A stretch of 63,966 bases of DNA, filler included, from 8 parts of 8 records of this genome joined end to end with filler, not necessarily neighbours in it, one strand, 5' to 3'; counted from the whole stretch's first letter, positions 1 to 10,340 are shown. Notes: generated from the letters alone by a model not told the origin. Numbers and translations: made by a program.

Positions 1-1976
1 TCCGGCATCATGCAATCCATCAACACCAGATCGAACGGTTCCTGTTCCAGCAACGCCAGCGCGGTTTCCCCGTTACTGACGGTTTTCACCTGAAAACCCA
101 GCTTGCTTAGCATGCCCCGGGTTACCAGCTGGTTCACTTCGTTGTCTTCCACCAGCATCAGCCGGAAACGTTTGCGCCGCTGGCGCTCTTCCGGTGTCTG
201 CAGTGGCGCATCCCCCACCGGCATTTGCCGTTGCAAACCCACCAGCCGCGCCAGCCCCTGGCGCAACACGGTGCGGTGAACCGGGCGTACCAGCACCACC
301 AGATCATGTTTATCGATAAGCTGTTGCACCGCCGCATGGCTGCGCTCTTCAATAGTCGCCAGCAATACCAGGCGCACCGGTCGCAGCGAGGGGTCTTCGA
401 GCACATTGCGACACAGATTCAATGCCAACTCGGGCCGCGACCAGGTATCCACAAACAACACATCGAAATCACTTTGCTCGCGATGGCCAGCGCGTAGTGC
501 CTGCAAGGCGTGATCGTAGCCCTTGGCGGACGATGCCTGGCAATCCAGCGCTTCCAGCTCTTCCTGAATGCTGGCAACGGTACCTGAGGCAGCCCCGACA
601 ACCACCGCCTGGGCACCATCCAGTGCCCGTATCAGGCTCTGCGCTTCACGCATGTCCGGCTGCATCTGCACCGGAACCGTGAACCAGAAGGTAGAGCCCT
701 CACCCGGGACACTTTCCGCCCCGAGGGCACCGCCCATGGCATCAATCAGGCCCTTGCAGACCAGCAGCCCGAAGCCGGTGTGGTGGCTGCTGTACACGTC
801 CTGGCCATCTTCGATAAAGCGATCCTGGAACAGATGACGCAGGGTTTCCGGATCCATGCCTGCCCCCTGATCGCTCACCCGCACGCGTAACACGCCACCA
901 CTTTCCCCTTCCACGGTGAAATCCACGTCCAGGCGAATTTCGCCCCGCTCACTGAATTTGATAGCGTTGCTGAACAGATTATTGAGCACCTGCATCAGGC
1001 GCTCGCGATCGCCGCGGATGCGCTTGGGCAGCATGCGGTCGATCACGCAGCTCAGCTCCAGTCCGGATGACTGCGCCATGGGGCCAAAAGCTTCCAGCGA
1101 TTGCTCAATCGCCGCGCGGAAATCGAAATAATCCGAATTGAGGGTAATGCGTCGGGAAAGGATGCGGGAATAATCCAGCACGTCATCAATCAAGGTGAGC
1201 AACAACTTGCCACTCTGCCCTGCCACCTGCAGGTAGTCTTTCTGTTCATCGTTAAGGCGGGTGTCTTCCAGCAACGACATCATCCCCATCAGGGAATTCA
1301 TTGGCGTGCGCAGTTCATGGGCCAAACGATAGACCAGGCTGAGCTGGACTTCGGTACTGCTGCGCACCGGCTGTTTACGATCCAGCGGTCCTCGACGCTC
1401 GCGCGTCATTGCATGCCAGAACGTTTCGTATTGCCCTCGATAAAGCCGGAACAAATAGAACGCGTACGAGCCAATCAGGGCCGCCAACACCCAGTCATGC
1501 AAGCTACCAGCAAACAATAAAACCGCCAGCGTCGGCAGGAACATCAACACGATATAAGCCTGCCGAACCCGCAGCCCGGCCATCCAGGAGCTGCCCAGGG
1601 CCGTGGTCACGCCCACGTTATAAAGAATCACCACGAAGAAATTGAAGCCGGTGCCCAGCCGCCAGATTAACCAGGCTGGCAGCAGCCCCCATAACAAGGC
1701 ATGCAATGCCAACCCCACCCCGAACAGACGCCGCCAGCGCGCCGGGCCAGCCCCATAGAGGGCATCGAAACGCGCCACCAGCCACAGCCGATAGGCGGTA
1801 ACCAACAGGACGGCGCCACCGCCTATCAGCGCTTCCAGCTCGAAGCTCTGATAGACCTGACCCCAGGCAAAGACAAGCGCATAAACCAGAAGGGCCGCCA
1901 GGACTCCCATCAAGGAGTTCTTGGCGGCCCCGTAATCTACGCGTTTAAGAACCTTTCGATCTTTCTTGTATGGCAC
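1..1976 (-). CDS. Membrane-bound hybrid sensor histidine kinase/response regulator, 3' end cut off by the window edge
   Basis: Missing from the ORF track because it runs off the edge. Manual translation from GTG at 1976 gives several TM segments, the HisKA motif LAHELRTPMNS, N-box NNLFSNAIKF, G-boxes DQGAGM and GFGL, and a receiver segment LVEDNEVNQ...DLVLMDCMMP. Confidence 0.9.
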   Translation of the reverse strand, partial: MPYKKDRKVLKRVDYGAAKNSLMGVLAALLVYALVFAWGQVYQSFELEALIGGGAVLLVTAYRLWLVARFDALYGAGPARWRRLFGVGLALHALLWGLLPAWLIWRLGTGFNFFVVILYNVGVTTALGSSWMAGLRVRQAYIVLMFLPTLAVLLFAGSLHDWVLAALIGSYAFYLFRLYRGQYETFWHAMTRERRGPLDRKQPVRSSTEVQLSLVYRLAHELRTPMNSLMGMMSLLEDTRLNDEQKDYLQVAGQSGKLLLTLIDDVLDYSRILSRRITLNSDYFDFRAAIEQSLEAFGPMAQSSGLELSCVIDRMLPKRIRGDRERLMQVLNNLFSNAIKFSERGEIRLDVDFTVEGESGGVLRVRVSDQGAGMDPETLRHLFQDRFIEDGQDVYSSHHTGFGLLVCKGLIDAMGGALGAESVPGEGSTFWFTVPVQMQPDMREAQSLIRALDGAQAVVVGAASGTVASIQEELEALDCQASSAKGYDHALQALRAGHREQSDFDVLFVDTWSRPELALNLCRNVLEDPSLRPVRLVLLATIEERSHAAVQQLIDKHDLVVLVRPVHRTVLRQGLARLVGLQRQMPVGDAPLQTPEERQRRKRFRLMLVEDNEVNQLVTRGMLSKLGFQVKTVSNGETALALLEQEPFDLVLMDCMMP

Positions 1977-2052
1977 TGTATTTTGTTCCGCAGAAACTGG
2001 ATTTCACCGGTTTCGCGCTACGTTAACACCGCCTCATCAGACTGGCTAGAGC

Positions 2053-4356
2053 CTATTGCACGCTGCCTCCAGTCCGCTTGCGACGGTCCAGCGCGACCAG
2101 TAGTGGCACGAAAAAGAAGAAATCCACAATCAGTGCCATGGCGATGGTGATCGCAGACAACTGCCCCATGCTGGAATTGGGGTAAAAATGGCTGGTCCCG
2201 ATAACCGCAAAGTTCGCCACCAGCACCACCGATGTGGCCACCAGCGCCACACCGACAGTACGGAATGCGTACTCCACCGCTTGTTCGGTTTTGAGCCCCA
2301 ATTCGCGTTTGGCCCGCACGTACTTGCTCAGGAAGTGCACCGTGTCATCCACCACGATCCCCAACGTCATACAGGCCACCACCGATACCGCCAGGCCGAT
2401 CTCCCCGTTCACCAACCCCCACAGGCCGAAGGCCATGGCCGCGGGCAACAGATTCGGCAACAGGGACAAGATGCCATAGCGCACCGAACGCAACGCAATA
2501 ACCAGCAACACCGACACGCTGATCAGCGCAATCAACGCACCGCTCAGCATGCTCTGGATATTGCGCATGGTGACCCGGCCGAACAGGATATCCATGCCCG
2601 TGCCTTTGGTTTGCATGGTTTGCGGCCAGTTGTCCTGCATCCAGGCTTCTACCCGGTCATTGAATTCCAGCACCGGGCGCGAGCCGATATTCTCCAGCAT
2701 CACAATCACCCTGGCCTGCTCCTTGTCGATATCCAGCTGGTCTTCCAGCCCCAGCCCCTGGGGCAGCGACAGCTCATACAGCAAGGTGTACTGGGAAATC
2801 AGCTCCCGGGATTCAGGAATCCGGTACCAGGCCGGGTCACCACCGTGCATGTCCCGGTTGAGTCGTTTGATCACATCCGTATAGGCGGTGGCGTACACCA
2901 CCTCATCCTGCTGCTCCAGCCACACGGTCAAATCATCAATGTGCTGGAGATAGGCAGGCTCCATGGCTCCGCCGGACTCGCCGGAATGCACGGCGTAATC
3001 AATACGGTGCATGCCGGTAAGATTGTTCATGGCGAAATCATTAACCCGCCGCACTTCAAACGTCTCATCGAAGTATTCGTTGAACACATCATTGATGCGG
3101 TTAAGCCCGATACAGGCGGTCAGCACCACGACCACCACCGACATGCCCAGCAGCCAGGGTTTGAAGCGGCGGCTCAGATGCCCGGCCAGAGCGCCCATCA
3201 GGGGCGCAAAATCCCGCTGCTTGCCGGGTTCGATACGGTGCGGCAACAGCATCACCAGCGCCGGCAACAAAATCACCGAGAACACAAACGCCAGCAGCAC
3301 CCCGATCAGCACCACATTGCCCAGCGCACGGAACGGTTGAGATTCGGAGAAATTGAGGATGGCGAAGCCAATGGCCGTGGTAAAACTGGTCAACCAGACC
3401 GGCTGCATATTGATGCGCAGGCTTTCCAGCATGGCCGCCGCCCGTGCTTTGCCTTCCAGGCATTCGTGTCGATAACTGGCGAGGATGTGTACGGAATCCG
3501 CTACGGCCAGAGTCAGAATCATGGCCGGGGCCATGCCGACGATGGGGGAAAACTCGATCCCCAGCCACATGGCCACCCCCATGGCAGAGGCGATGGAAAA
3601 ACCGATCACCATCACCGTCACCACCACAAACATGCCACTGCGCAAAATCAGCCACAGGCATAGCAGCATCACCACAAAGGCCAGCGGCAAGGTGGTGGCC
3701 ATGGATTGCTCGGTGGCGTCAGCGGAGGCCTGGGAAAATACCACCGTGCCTGTGACCATAAACTCGATATCCGGATACCGCTCCCGGTAGGCCTGCGCCA
3801 TATCGCGGGCGGCGGCGGTAATCACCGGGGCTTCGGTATTGCCCTCATCCATGGTCACCGTGGCGACAACACCGGCCACATGCCCCCGGTCAGAGACCAG
3901 CCGCCCGACCAGTGCCGGCTCTTTCAAGGCGACATCACGGGCGTAAGCAATGGCGGCCGGTGCCATTTGCTCAGCATCTTCCACCAGCGGTGCCACATAC
4001 AGCTCGTCGCCTTCGACCTCGGTATGCTGAAAATTGGTCAGGGAATCCACACGGGTGGAGTTAGGCAGCGTCCAGGCGTCGTCGGTAAGAGACTCGATCG
4101 CTTCCAGGGTTTGCGCTTCAAACACCTGATCGCTTTTCGGGTGCACCACGAACAGCACCACCTCATTAGCGGTAAAGCTGTCTTCCAGCGCCACGAACCG
4201 TTTGAAATCCGGGTTTTCCTGAGTGAAGAAAATACGCGGATCATTATTGTTGCGGAAATTCTGCAGGCCGGCGGCCATGGCGGCACACAGCGCAATACAG
4301 ATAAACAGCACCCACACCGGGTGCGCCACCACCCAGCGACTCCACGTCTCTTTCAT
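2053..4356 (-). CDS. MMPL/RND-family exporter (efflux RND permease subunit)
   Basis: 767 aa from ATG at 4356 (MKETWSRW). Two repeated TM+periplasmic halves with the motifs LAVADSVH and GIVVDDTVHF. The longer ORF-track start overlaps the MerR gene and was not used. Confidence 0.9.
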   Translation of the reverse strand: MKETWSRWVVAHPVWVLFICIALCAAMAAGLQNFRNNNDPRIFFTQENPDFKRFVALEDSFTANEVVLFVVHPKSDQVFEAQTLEAIESLTDDAWTLPNSTRVDSLTNFQHTEVEGDELYVAPLVEDAEQMAPAAIAYARDVALKEPALVGRLVSDRGHVAGVVATVTMDEGNTEAPVITAAARDMAQAYRERYPDIEFMVTGTVVFSQASADATEQSMATTLPLAFVVMLLCLWLILRSGMFVVVTVMVIGFSIASAMGVAMWLGIEFSPIVGMAPAMILTLAVADSVHILASYRHECLEGKARAAAMLESLRINMQPVWLTSFTTAIGFAILNFSESQPFRALGNVVLIGVLLAFVFSVILLPALVMLLPHRIEPGKQRDFAPLMGALAGHLSRRFKPWLLGMSVVVVVLTACIGLNRINDVFNEYFDETFEVRRVNDFAMNNLTGMHRIDYAVHSGESGGAMEPAYLQHIDDLTVWLEQQDEVVYATAYTDVIKRLNRDMHGGDPAWYRIPESRELISQYTLLYELSLPQGLGLEDQLDIDKEQARVIVMLENIGSRPVLEFNDRVEAWMQDNWPQTMQTKGTGMDILFGRVTMRNIQSMLSGALIALISVSVLLVIALRSVRYGILSLLPNLLPAAMAFGLWGLVNGEIGLAVSVVACMTLGIVVDDTVHFLSKYVRAKRELGLKTEQAVEYAFRTVGVALVATSVVLVANFAVIGTSHFYPNSSMGQLSAITIAMALIVDFFFFVPLLVALDRRKRTGGSVQ

Positions 4357-4444
4357 TGTTATTCCCACCGTCCCCTGACATTGAGTCCGGAGTCTAGGCA
4401 CCGGTAAACATGGTGTCACGCACCAAAAAGGCCAAAACGCATAC

Positions 4445-4460
4445 TTTACGTTAACGTAAA
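4445..4460. promoter_or_regulatory. LiuR-type operator TTTACGTTAACGTAAA
   Basis: Perfect 16-bp palindrome 19 nt upstream of the MerR gene. It matches the known LiuR box pattern (TTTACGTnnACGTAAA) and lies next to a leucine-catabolism gene. Confidence 0.85.
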
Positions 4461-4479
4461 CTTCCCCTAGGATTTCGCC

Positions 4480-4878
4480 ATGAGCAAAAAACAGACCTAC
4501 AGCATCGGCGAGCTGGCCCGGGAATTCGACGTGACCACCCGTACGATTCGCTTTTATGAAGACCAGAATCTGGTCAATCCGGCCCGGCGCGGGCAGACAC
4601 GGGTCTACTCCCCTGCGGACCGGGTGACCCTGAAGCTGATTCTGCGCGGTAAACGGCTGGGCTTTTCCCTGGCCGAGTCCCGGGAACTGATTCAGATGTA
4701 TCAACCCAGCGGCGATAACCGCAATCAGCTACTGGCCCTGCAAGACAAGATTCAGCAACGCCGGGAACAATTGAACCAGCAACTCAGAGATATTCAGGCA
4801 CTGCAGCAGGAGCTGGACGACGCCGACCAGCGCTGCGAAGACGCCCTTACCGCTTTGGAGAAACCCGACCATGTTTGA
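4480..4878 (+). CDS. liuR: MerR-family transcriptional regulator, LiuR type
   Basis: Mer[25 protein letters not shown] and [12 protein letters not shown]. Overlaps the downstream isovaleryl-CoA dehydrogenase gene. Confidence 0.88.
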   Translation: MSKKQTYSIGELAREFDVTTRTIRFYEDQNLVNPARRGQTRVYSPADRVTLKLILRGKRLGFSLAESRELIQMYQPSGDNRNQLLALQDKIQQRREQLNQQLRDIQALQQELDDADQRCEDALTALEKPDHV

Positions 4879-5509
4879 CAGCAGCTTTAACTTCGACCTG
4901 GACGAAACCCTGGTTGCCCTGCGTGACAGCGTGCGCCACTTTGCCCAAAAAGAAATCGCGCCGATCGCCGCCGAAGTGGACCAGAGCAACCAGTTCCCGC
5001 TGGAGATGTGGAAGAAGCTCGGTGATTTGGGGGTTCTCGGGGTCACCGTCAGCGAAGAATATGGCGGCGCCAACATGGGCTACCTGGCCCACACCCTGGT
5101 AATGGAAGAGATCTCCCGGGCCTCTGCGTCCATTGGCCTGTCCTACGGCGCCCACTCCAACCTGTGCGTCAACCAGATCTACCTCAACGGTACCGATGCC
5201 CAGCGCGAGAAATACCTGCCCAAACTGGTCAGTGGCGACCATATCGGCGCCCTCGCCATGAGTGAACCCGGTGCCGGTTCCGATGTGGTCAGCATGGGGC
5301 TGCGGGCCGACAAGCAAGGTGACCACTATGTACTCAACGGCAACAAGATGTGGATCACTAACGGGCCCGACGCGCACACCTATGTGATCTACGCCAAAAC
5401 CGATACCAGCGCCGGCCCCCGCGGCATCACCGCCTTTATCGTAGAACGGGGTTTTGCCGGTTTTTCCCAGGCCCAGAAACTCGACAAGCTCGGCATGCGT
5501 GGCTCCAAC
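4871..5509 (+). CDS. ivd: Isovaleryl-CoA dehydrogenase, partial (cut at gap)
   Basis: Acyl-CoA dehydrogenase motifs [38 protein letters not shown] and KLGMRGSN. Confidence 0.92.
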
Positions 5510-5609
5510 NNNNNNNNNNNNNNNNNNNNNNNNNNNNNNNNNNNNNNNNNNNNTTAATTAATTAANNNNNNNNNNNNNNNNNNNNNNNNNNNNNNNNNNN
5601 NNNNNNNNN
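5510..5609. other. Artificial contig linker (44 N + TTAATTAATTAA + 44 N)
   Basis: Same 100-nt spacer occurs seven times; the 12-mer places stop codons in all six frames. Confidence 0.99.
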
Positions 5610-5638
5610 GTAAGCGTCCTCAGTTCTCCAAGCGTTAA
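5610..5638 (+). CDS. rpsI: 30S ribosomal protein S9, C-terminal tail only
   Basis: Reads KRPQFSKR-stop, the conserved S9 C-terminus, in its usual position upstream of petABC-sspAB. Confidence 0.85.
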
Positions 5639-5658
5639 TAATCGCTGGAGCAGATCCG

Positions 5659-5688
5659 AAAAAACCCGGTCTATTGGCCGGGTTTTTT
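5659..5688 (+). terminator. Rho-independent terminator after rpsI
   Basis: AAAAAACCCGGTC-TATT-GGCCGGGTTTTTT hairpin with a U-tract. Confidence 0.85.
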
Positions 5689-5879
5689 GTTGTCTGGGAA
5701 GTCAGTTTCGAACAGGCTTGAGACAGGTAATGGCCCGGCTCAAAGCCTTTCCGACTTGTAAGGGCAGGGTAATTTCATTACCATTTGAGCGCTTATAATT
5801 TTAGGTTGAGAGAAGTCCTTTTCGATGTGCAGTTTCCCTGTAAGCAGGGCTGTATGTCGCCTGATGGGAGATAACCATA

Positions 5880-6476
5880 ATGAGTAATGGCGACGTGAGC
5901 CAAGGCAGGCGCCGATTTTTGATCGGTGCCACGTCTGTGGTGGGTGGTGTCGGCGTCGTCGGTGCGGCCGTGCCTTTCGTAGCATCCTGGAATCCCAGTG
6001 CCAAAGCGGAAGCAGCCGGTGCACCGGTCACCGTCAATGTCAGTAAACTGGAGCCAGGTCAGCAAATGACCGTCAAATGGCGCGGTAAGCCGGTGTGGGT
6101 TATTCGCCGCACCGAAGAGATGAACGAAAACATTCTCGAGCTGAATGACCAGGTGAAGGATCCTCTTTCCAAGGAAGCGGACCAACCTGCCTACATCGAA
6201 GGCGAGCTCCGGGCACTCAAGGACGAGTACGCTGTTCTCGTCGGTATCTGTACCCATCTGGGCTGCTCTCCCCAATTCAGGCCAGAAGTCGCTCCAGCCG
6301 ATCTCGGGGAAAACTGGCTTGGCGGCTTCTATTGTGCGTGTCACGGCTCCCGTTACGACCTTGCCGGGCGTGTCTATCCGAATATGCCGGCACCCTCGAA
6401 TCTTCAGGTGCCTCCCTATCGCTTTGACGACGAGAACACTCTGACCGTCGGTCTGGATCCTGAGGGGGCCGCATAA
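5880..6476 (+). CDS. petA: Ubiquinol-cytochrome c reductase Rieske iron-sulfur subunit
   Basis: Tat-type RRRFL anchor; Rieske motifs CTHLGC and CACHGS. Confidence 0.97.
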   Translation: MSNGDVSQGRRRFLIGATSVVGGVGVVGAAVPFVASWNPSAKAEAAGAPVTVNVSKLEPGQQMTVKWRGKPVWVIRRTEEMNENILELNDQVKDPLSKEADQPAYIEGELRALKDEYAVLVGICTHLGCSPQFRPEVAPADLGENWLGGFYCACHGSRYDLAGRVYPNMPAPSNLQVPPYRFDDENTLTVGLDPEGAA

Positions 6477-7708
6477 TGAACAAGTTAGTGAACTGGGTAG
6501 ACGAACGTCTTCCAATTGTCGATGCGTGGAACAAGCACGTTGGCAAGTATTACGCGCCCAAGAACTTCAACATGTGGTACTTCTTTGGTTCGCTGGCGAT
6601 GTTGGTGCTGGTGAATCAGCTCGTGACCGGTATCTGGCTGACCATGAGCTATAACCCCACAGCGGAAGGTGCGTTCGCGTCAGTTGAATACATCATGCGT
6701 GATGTTGAGTGGGGTTGGTTGCTTCGATACCTGCACTCCACCGGCGCTTCCGCGTTCTTCGTGGTGGTTTATCTCCACATGTTCCGTGGCTTGATGTACG
6801 GCTCTTATCAAAAGCCGCGCGAGCTGATCTGGATCTTCGGTATGCTGATTTACCTGGTTCTGATGGCCGAAGCATTCATGGGTTATCTGCTGCCCTGGGG
6901 CCAGATGTCCTACTGGGGTGCGCAGGTGATCGTAAACCTGTTTGGCGCCATTCCGGTCATTGGCGATGATCTGTCGCTGTGGATCCGCGGTGACTACCTG
7001 ATCTCTGGTATTACCCTGAACCGATTCTTTGCATTGCATGTTGTCGCATTACCAATCGTTCTGCTTGGTTTGGTGGTGCTGCACATTCTTGCGCTGCACG
7101 AAGTTGGCTCCAACAACCCTGACGGTATTGATATCAAGAAGAACAAGGACGAAAACGGCATTCCCAAAGATGGTATACCGTTCCATCCCTATTACACGGT
7201 GCATGACCTGTTGGGCGTGGGTGTTTTCTTCTTCATCTTCTTTATCGTGGTCTTCTTCTTCCCCGAGATGGGCGGGTTGTTCATTGAAAAGCCGAATTTC
7301 GAGCCTGCCAATGCCCTCAAGACGCCCGACCACATAGCGCCGGTATGGTATTTCACACCGTTCTACGCCATGTTGCGGGCGGTGACTATTGACCTCTTCG
7401 GCCTGGATGCGAAGTTCTGGGGTGTTGTCGTGATGGGGGCTGCTATCGCCATCCTGTTTGTTTTGCCCTGGCTGGACAGAAGTCCGGTACGCTCAATGCG
7501 CTACAAAGGCTGGTTGAGCAAGATCGCTCTGACGATCTTCGCCATCAGCTTCATTGTCCTGGGGTACCTGGGTATTGTTCCGGCCACTGAGGGTCGCACA
7601 ACGGTTGCTCAGATCCTGACAACGCTTTACTTCCTCTATTTTATTCTCATGCCGTTCTACACACGGATGGAGAAAACAAAGCCAGTTCCAGAGAGGGTGA
7701 CAGGATGA
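6476..7708 (+). CDS. petB: Cytochrome b
   Basis: RYLHSTGAS, GYLLPWGQMSYWG, RFFALH and PVWY (PEWY-equivalent) motifs. Confidence 0.97.
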   Translation: MNKLVNWVDERLPIVDAWNKHVGKYYAPKNFNMWYFFGSLAMLVLVNQLVTGIWLTMSYNPTAEGAFASVEYIMRDVEWGWLLRYLHSTGASAFFVVVYLHMFRGLMYGSYQKPRELIWIFGMLIYLVLMAEAFMGYLLPWGQMSYWGAQVIVNLFGAIPVIGDDLSLWIRGDYLISGITLNRFFALHVVALPIVLLGLVVLHILALHEVGSNNPDGIDIKKNKDENGIPKDGIPFHPYYTVHDLLGVGVFFFIFFIVVFFFPEMGGLFIEKPNFEPANALKTPDHIAPVWYFTPFYAMLRAVTIDLFGLDAKFWGVVVMGAAIAILFVLPWLDRSPVRSMRYKGWLSKIALTIFAISFIVLGYLGIVPATEGRTTVAQILTTLYFLYFILMPFYTRMEKTKPVPERVTG

Positions 7709-8463
7709 TGAGAAAGCTGATAGTTGGTCTTTTCATAGCGATCCTGCCAGCTCTCGGGCTGGCAGCGGGGGCGTCCGTGCCGCTTGATACCATGGAGCCG
7801 GACCATACCAACAAAGCGTCGCTTCAGCGCGGTGCGGCCCTTTTCACCAACTACTGCATGGGGTGTCACTCCATGGAGTATGCGCGGTATAAGCGTGTAT
7901 CGGATGATCTGGGAATTCCCGCCGAGCTTTACGAGGAGAATCTGATTTTCACTGGTGCAAAGATCGGTGAACTCATGAAGAACTCCATGAGCAAGGAAAT
8001 GGCTGCGAGCTGGTTCGGTGCTCCGCCACCTGACCTGACCCTGGAATCTCGTCTTCGCGGTGAAGACTGGATCTATTCCTATCTTCGTGGCTTTTACAAG
8101 GATGAAAGTCGTCCGCTGGGTGTGAACAACGTGGTCTTCGAAAACGTTGGTATGCCCCATGTGTTGATCGGTTTGCAGGGGCTGTGTGCGGTTGAGCCGA
8201 GAATTGGTGAGGGTGCGAGTGTTGATCCTCTCAGCGGCGATGTTCGTAATGCAGACATTTGCCCGGAATGGGAAACAGAAGGCTCCATGGAGCCGGAGGA
8301 ATTCAACCGGGCTATGTACGACCTGACCAATTTCATGTCTTACATGGGTGACCCGATAAAGGTTGAGCGTGAAAGGCTGGGTATGTTCGTACTGATCTTT
8401 GTGGCGATCTTCTTTATCTTTGCCTACCTGCTTAATCGCGAGTACTGGAAGGACGTACACTGA
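7705..8463 (+). CDS. petC: Cytochrome c1
   Basis: Signal peptide, heme motif CMGCH, PPDL, and a C-terminal TM helix ending REYWKDVH. Confidence 0.96.
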   Translation: MMRKLIVGLFIAILPALGLAAGASVPLDTMEPDHTNKASLQRGAALFTNYCMGCHSMEYARYKRVSDDLGIPAELYEENLIFTGAKIGELMKNSMSKEMAASWFGAPPPDLTLESRLRGEDWIYSYLRGFYKDESRPLGVNNVVFENVGMPHVLIGLQGLCAVEPRIGEGASVDPLSGDVRNADICPEWETEGSMEPEEFNRAMYDLTNFMSYMGDPIKVERERLGMFVLIFVAIFFIFAYLLNREYWKDVH

Positions 8464-8492
8464 GATTTCAGGTATAATTCCTGTCCCTGAGT

Positions 8493-8525
8493 TCCAGCGG
8501 GCAATAGCCGGCCCGCTGGATTTTT
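8493..8525 (+). terminator. Hairpin terminator after petC
   Basis: TCCAGCGGGC-8 nt-GCCCGCTGGA followed by TTTTT. Confidence 0.7.
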
Positions 8526-8571
8526 GCGTTTTTCAGGATCAATTCGGTTAGTCAAATCGTGAGGTAGTTCT

Positions 8572-9201
8572 ATGGGCGTTGTGACCAAGCGGTCATCAAT
8601 GACGTTTTTCTCGGACCCGGCCAGTCATTACAGCCACAGAGTCCGCATTGTGCTGGCAGAGAAGGGGGTAACGGTTGACGTCGTGAACGTTGATCCGGAT
8701 AACCCGCCTGGAGAGTTGGCTGACCTGAATCCGTACAATGCCCTGCCGACGCTGGTGGATCGTGACCTTGTGCTCTACGAGCCAAACATCATGATGGAGT
8801 ATCTGGACGAGCGTTTCCCGCATCCTCCATTGCTGCCGGTTTATCCTGTTGCGCGTGCGAACAGTCGCCTGATGATCCATCGCATCCAGAAAGACTGGTG
8901 TGGGTTGGTGGATCAGATTCTGGCTCAGCCCAACGCAAAGGCGTCGGATGCAGCCCGAAAAGAGCTTCGCGAAAGTTTGCTGGCCACGGCGCCGCTGTTC
9001 GGTGAGATGCCTTTTTTCCTGTCGGAAGAGTTCACGATCGTGGATTGCTGTATTGCTCCGATTCTGTGGCGCTTGCCGTCGCTGGGTATTGAGCTGAATG
9101 AAAAGCAGGCGAAGCCGCTTCAAAAGTACATGGATAGCATATTCAGTCGTGAAGGTTTCAAGGCGAGCCTGTCAGACCTGGAAGAAGATATCCGTAACTG
9201 A
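8572..9201 (+). CDS. sspA: Stringent starvation protein A
   Basis: GST fold; [12 protein letters not shown] and [21 protein letters not shown]. Confidence 0.96.
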   Translation: MGVVTKRSSMTFFSDPASHYSHRVRIVLAEKGVTVDVVNVDPDNPPGELADLNPYNALPTLVDRDLVLYEPNIMMEYLDERFPHPPLLPVYPVARANSRLMIHRIQKDWCGLVDQILAQPNAKASDAARKELRESLLATAPLFGEMPFFLSEEFTIVDCCIAPILWRLPSLGIELNEKQAKPLQKYMDSIFSREGFKASLSDLEEDIRN

Positions 9202-9236
9202 TATGCAGCGCCTGAAACCGGTTCAGGAGAAAGGCA

Positions 9237-9680
9237 GTGCCTGATAGTAAGATAACGATGACATCAAGCCGTCCCTACCTCGTTCGGGCATTCAACGAGT
9301 GGATCCTCGACAATGACTGCACGCCCTACATTGTTGTGGATGCGGGAGTGCAGGGCGTTCAGGTTCCGACTGAGCATGTGGCCAATGGGCAGATCGTGCT
9401 CAATATAAGTCCTGGAGCTGTGCGTGGTCTGGTGATTGGTAACGGCGCTCTGGAATTCAGCGCACGCTTTGGCGGTGTGCCAATGCAGGTCTTTATCCCG
9501 TTGCAGGCTGTCATGGCGGTTTACGCAAAGGAGAATGGTGAGGGCATGGTCTTCGGTAGCGAGCCAGGCTCCCCTGATCCGGAAGGACCTGGTGGTAAGG
9601 ATTCCGAGCATGGTAGTGGTGATAACGGTCAAGGTGGTGACCGGCCCAGCGGTCGGCCAACGCTCAAGGTCGTGAAATAG
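9237..9680 (+). CDS. sspB: ClpXP adaptor SspB
   Basis: SSRPYLVRAFNEWILDN and the C-terminal ClpX-binding tail RPTLKVVK. The start may be the ATG at 9258. Confidence 0.95.
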   Translation: MPDSKITMTSSRPYLVRAFNEWILDNDCTPYIVVDAGVQGVQVPTEHVANGQIVLNISPGAVRGLVIGNGALEFSARFGGVPMQVFIPLQAVMAVYAKENGEGMVFGSEPGSPDPEGPGGKDSEHGSGDNGQGGDRPSGRPTLKVVK

Positions 9681-9712
9681 CACTGTCTTGAAGGGAAAGT
9701 GTCAGGATGCCT

Positions 9713-9745
9713 AAAAGCCAGCTGTTTTTAACAGCTGGCTTTTTT
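9713..9745. terminator. Bidirectional terminator between convergent sspB and diaA/gmhA
   Basis: AAAAGCCAGCTGTT-TTT-AACAGCTGGCTTTTTT. Confidence 0.88.
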
Positions 9746-9747
9746 GT

Positions 9748-10338
9748 TTATCCGCCGAACAGTTTTTCGTCGATCAGTCCGCACAAGGCGTTGATAATCA
9801 CTAGCAGGATAGGCGTTGCAGCCGTCGGGGAAAGGTTATCCAGGGCAATTTCGTGGTCCTCCGGGTGAAGCAGGGAGGTGATGTCGGTTTTCTCCTTGGC
9901 ACTCAGTACTACCACATTCATTTCTCTGTCGTGCGCGGCCTGTATGGCCTGGATCAGGTTGGCCTTGTGGCCGTCGTCCACAATAACCAGGAGCAGATCG
10001 TTGGCTTTGCCAATAGCGCGAACCTGTCTTGAAAAGGTGTCATTGAAGCGATTGTCGCGACAGATTGCGGAATAGGTTGTTGCGTCCGCTCCCAGATTGA
10101 TGGCGGGCAGTGCCGGTCGGTCATGCTCAAAGCGGTTGAGCAGCGCAGTGCAGAAGTACTGTGTGAGTACGTTGGCATTGCCGTTGGCGCAGGTAATGAT
10201 CTTGCCATCATTCAGTAGCGTGTTAACCAGTGCGTCTGCGGCGCTCTCAATGGCCGGTGCCGTCAGGCTGGCGGCGTGGGCCGTGTGTTCCATGTGGTTG
10301 GCAAACCACTGGTTTATCTGTTGTTCGGTATCCGTCAT
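9748..10338 (-). CDS. SIS-domain protein of the DiaA/GmhA (YraO) family
   Basis: LNRFEHDRPALPAINL and FSRQVRAIG; sits in the lpoA-yraN-yraO operon position. The GNGGS motif is degenerate (ANGNA). Confidence 0.85.
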   Translation of the reverse strand: MTDTEQQINQWFANHMEHTAHAASLTAPAIESAADALVNTLLNDGKIITCANGNANVLTQYFCTALLNRFEHDRPALPAINLGADATTYSAICRDNRFNDTFSRQVRAIGKANDLLLVIVDDGHKANLIQAIQAAHDREMNVVVLSAKEKTDITSLLHPEDHEIALDNLSPTAATPILLVIINALCGLIDEKLFGG

Positions 10339-10340
10339 AG

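Noticed and set aside
2188-3663. 491-aa His/Gln-rich plus-strand ORF, and similar long antisense ORFs over hemL, paaZ, argC, tyrS and petC
   Set aside because: Antisense shadows of real GC-rich genes, with no motifs or RBS.
4357-4704. N-terminal extension of the MMPL ORF (883-aa version)
   Set aside because: Overlaps liuR on the opposite strand; the ATG at 4356 gives the normal family length.
5554-5565. TTAATTAATTAA recurring seven times, as a possible repeat family
   Set aside because: Always centred in 88 N; a synthetic six-frame stop linker.
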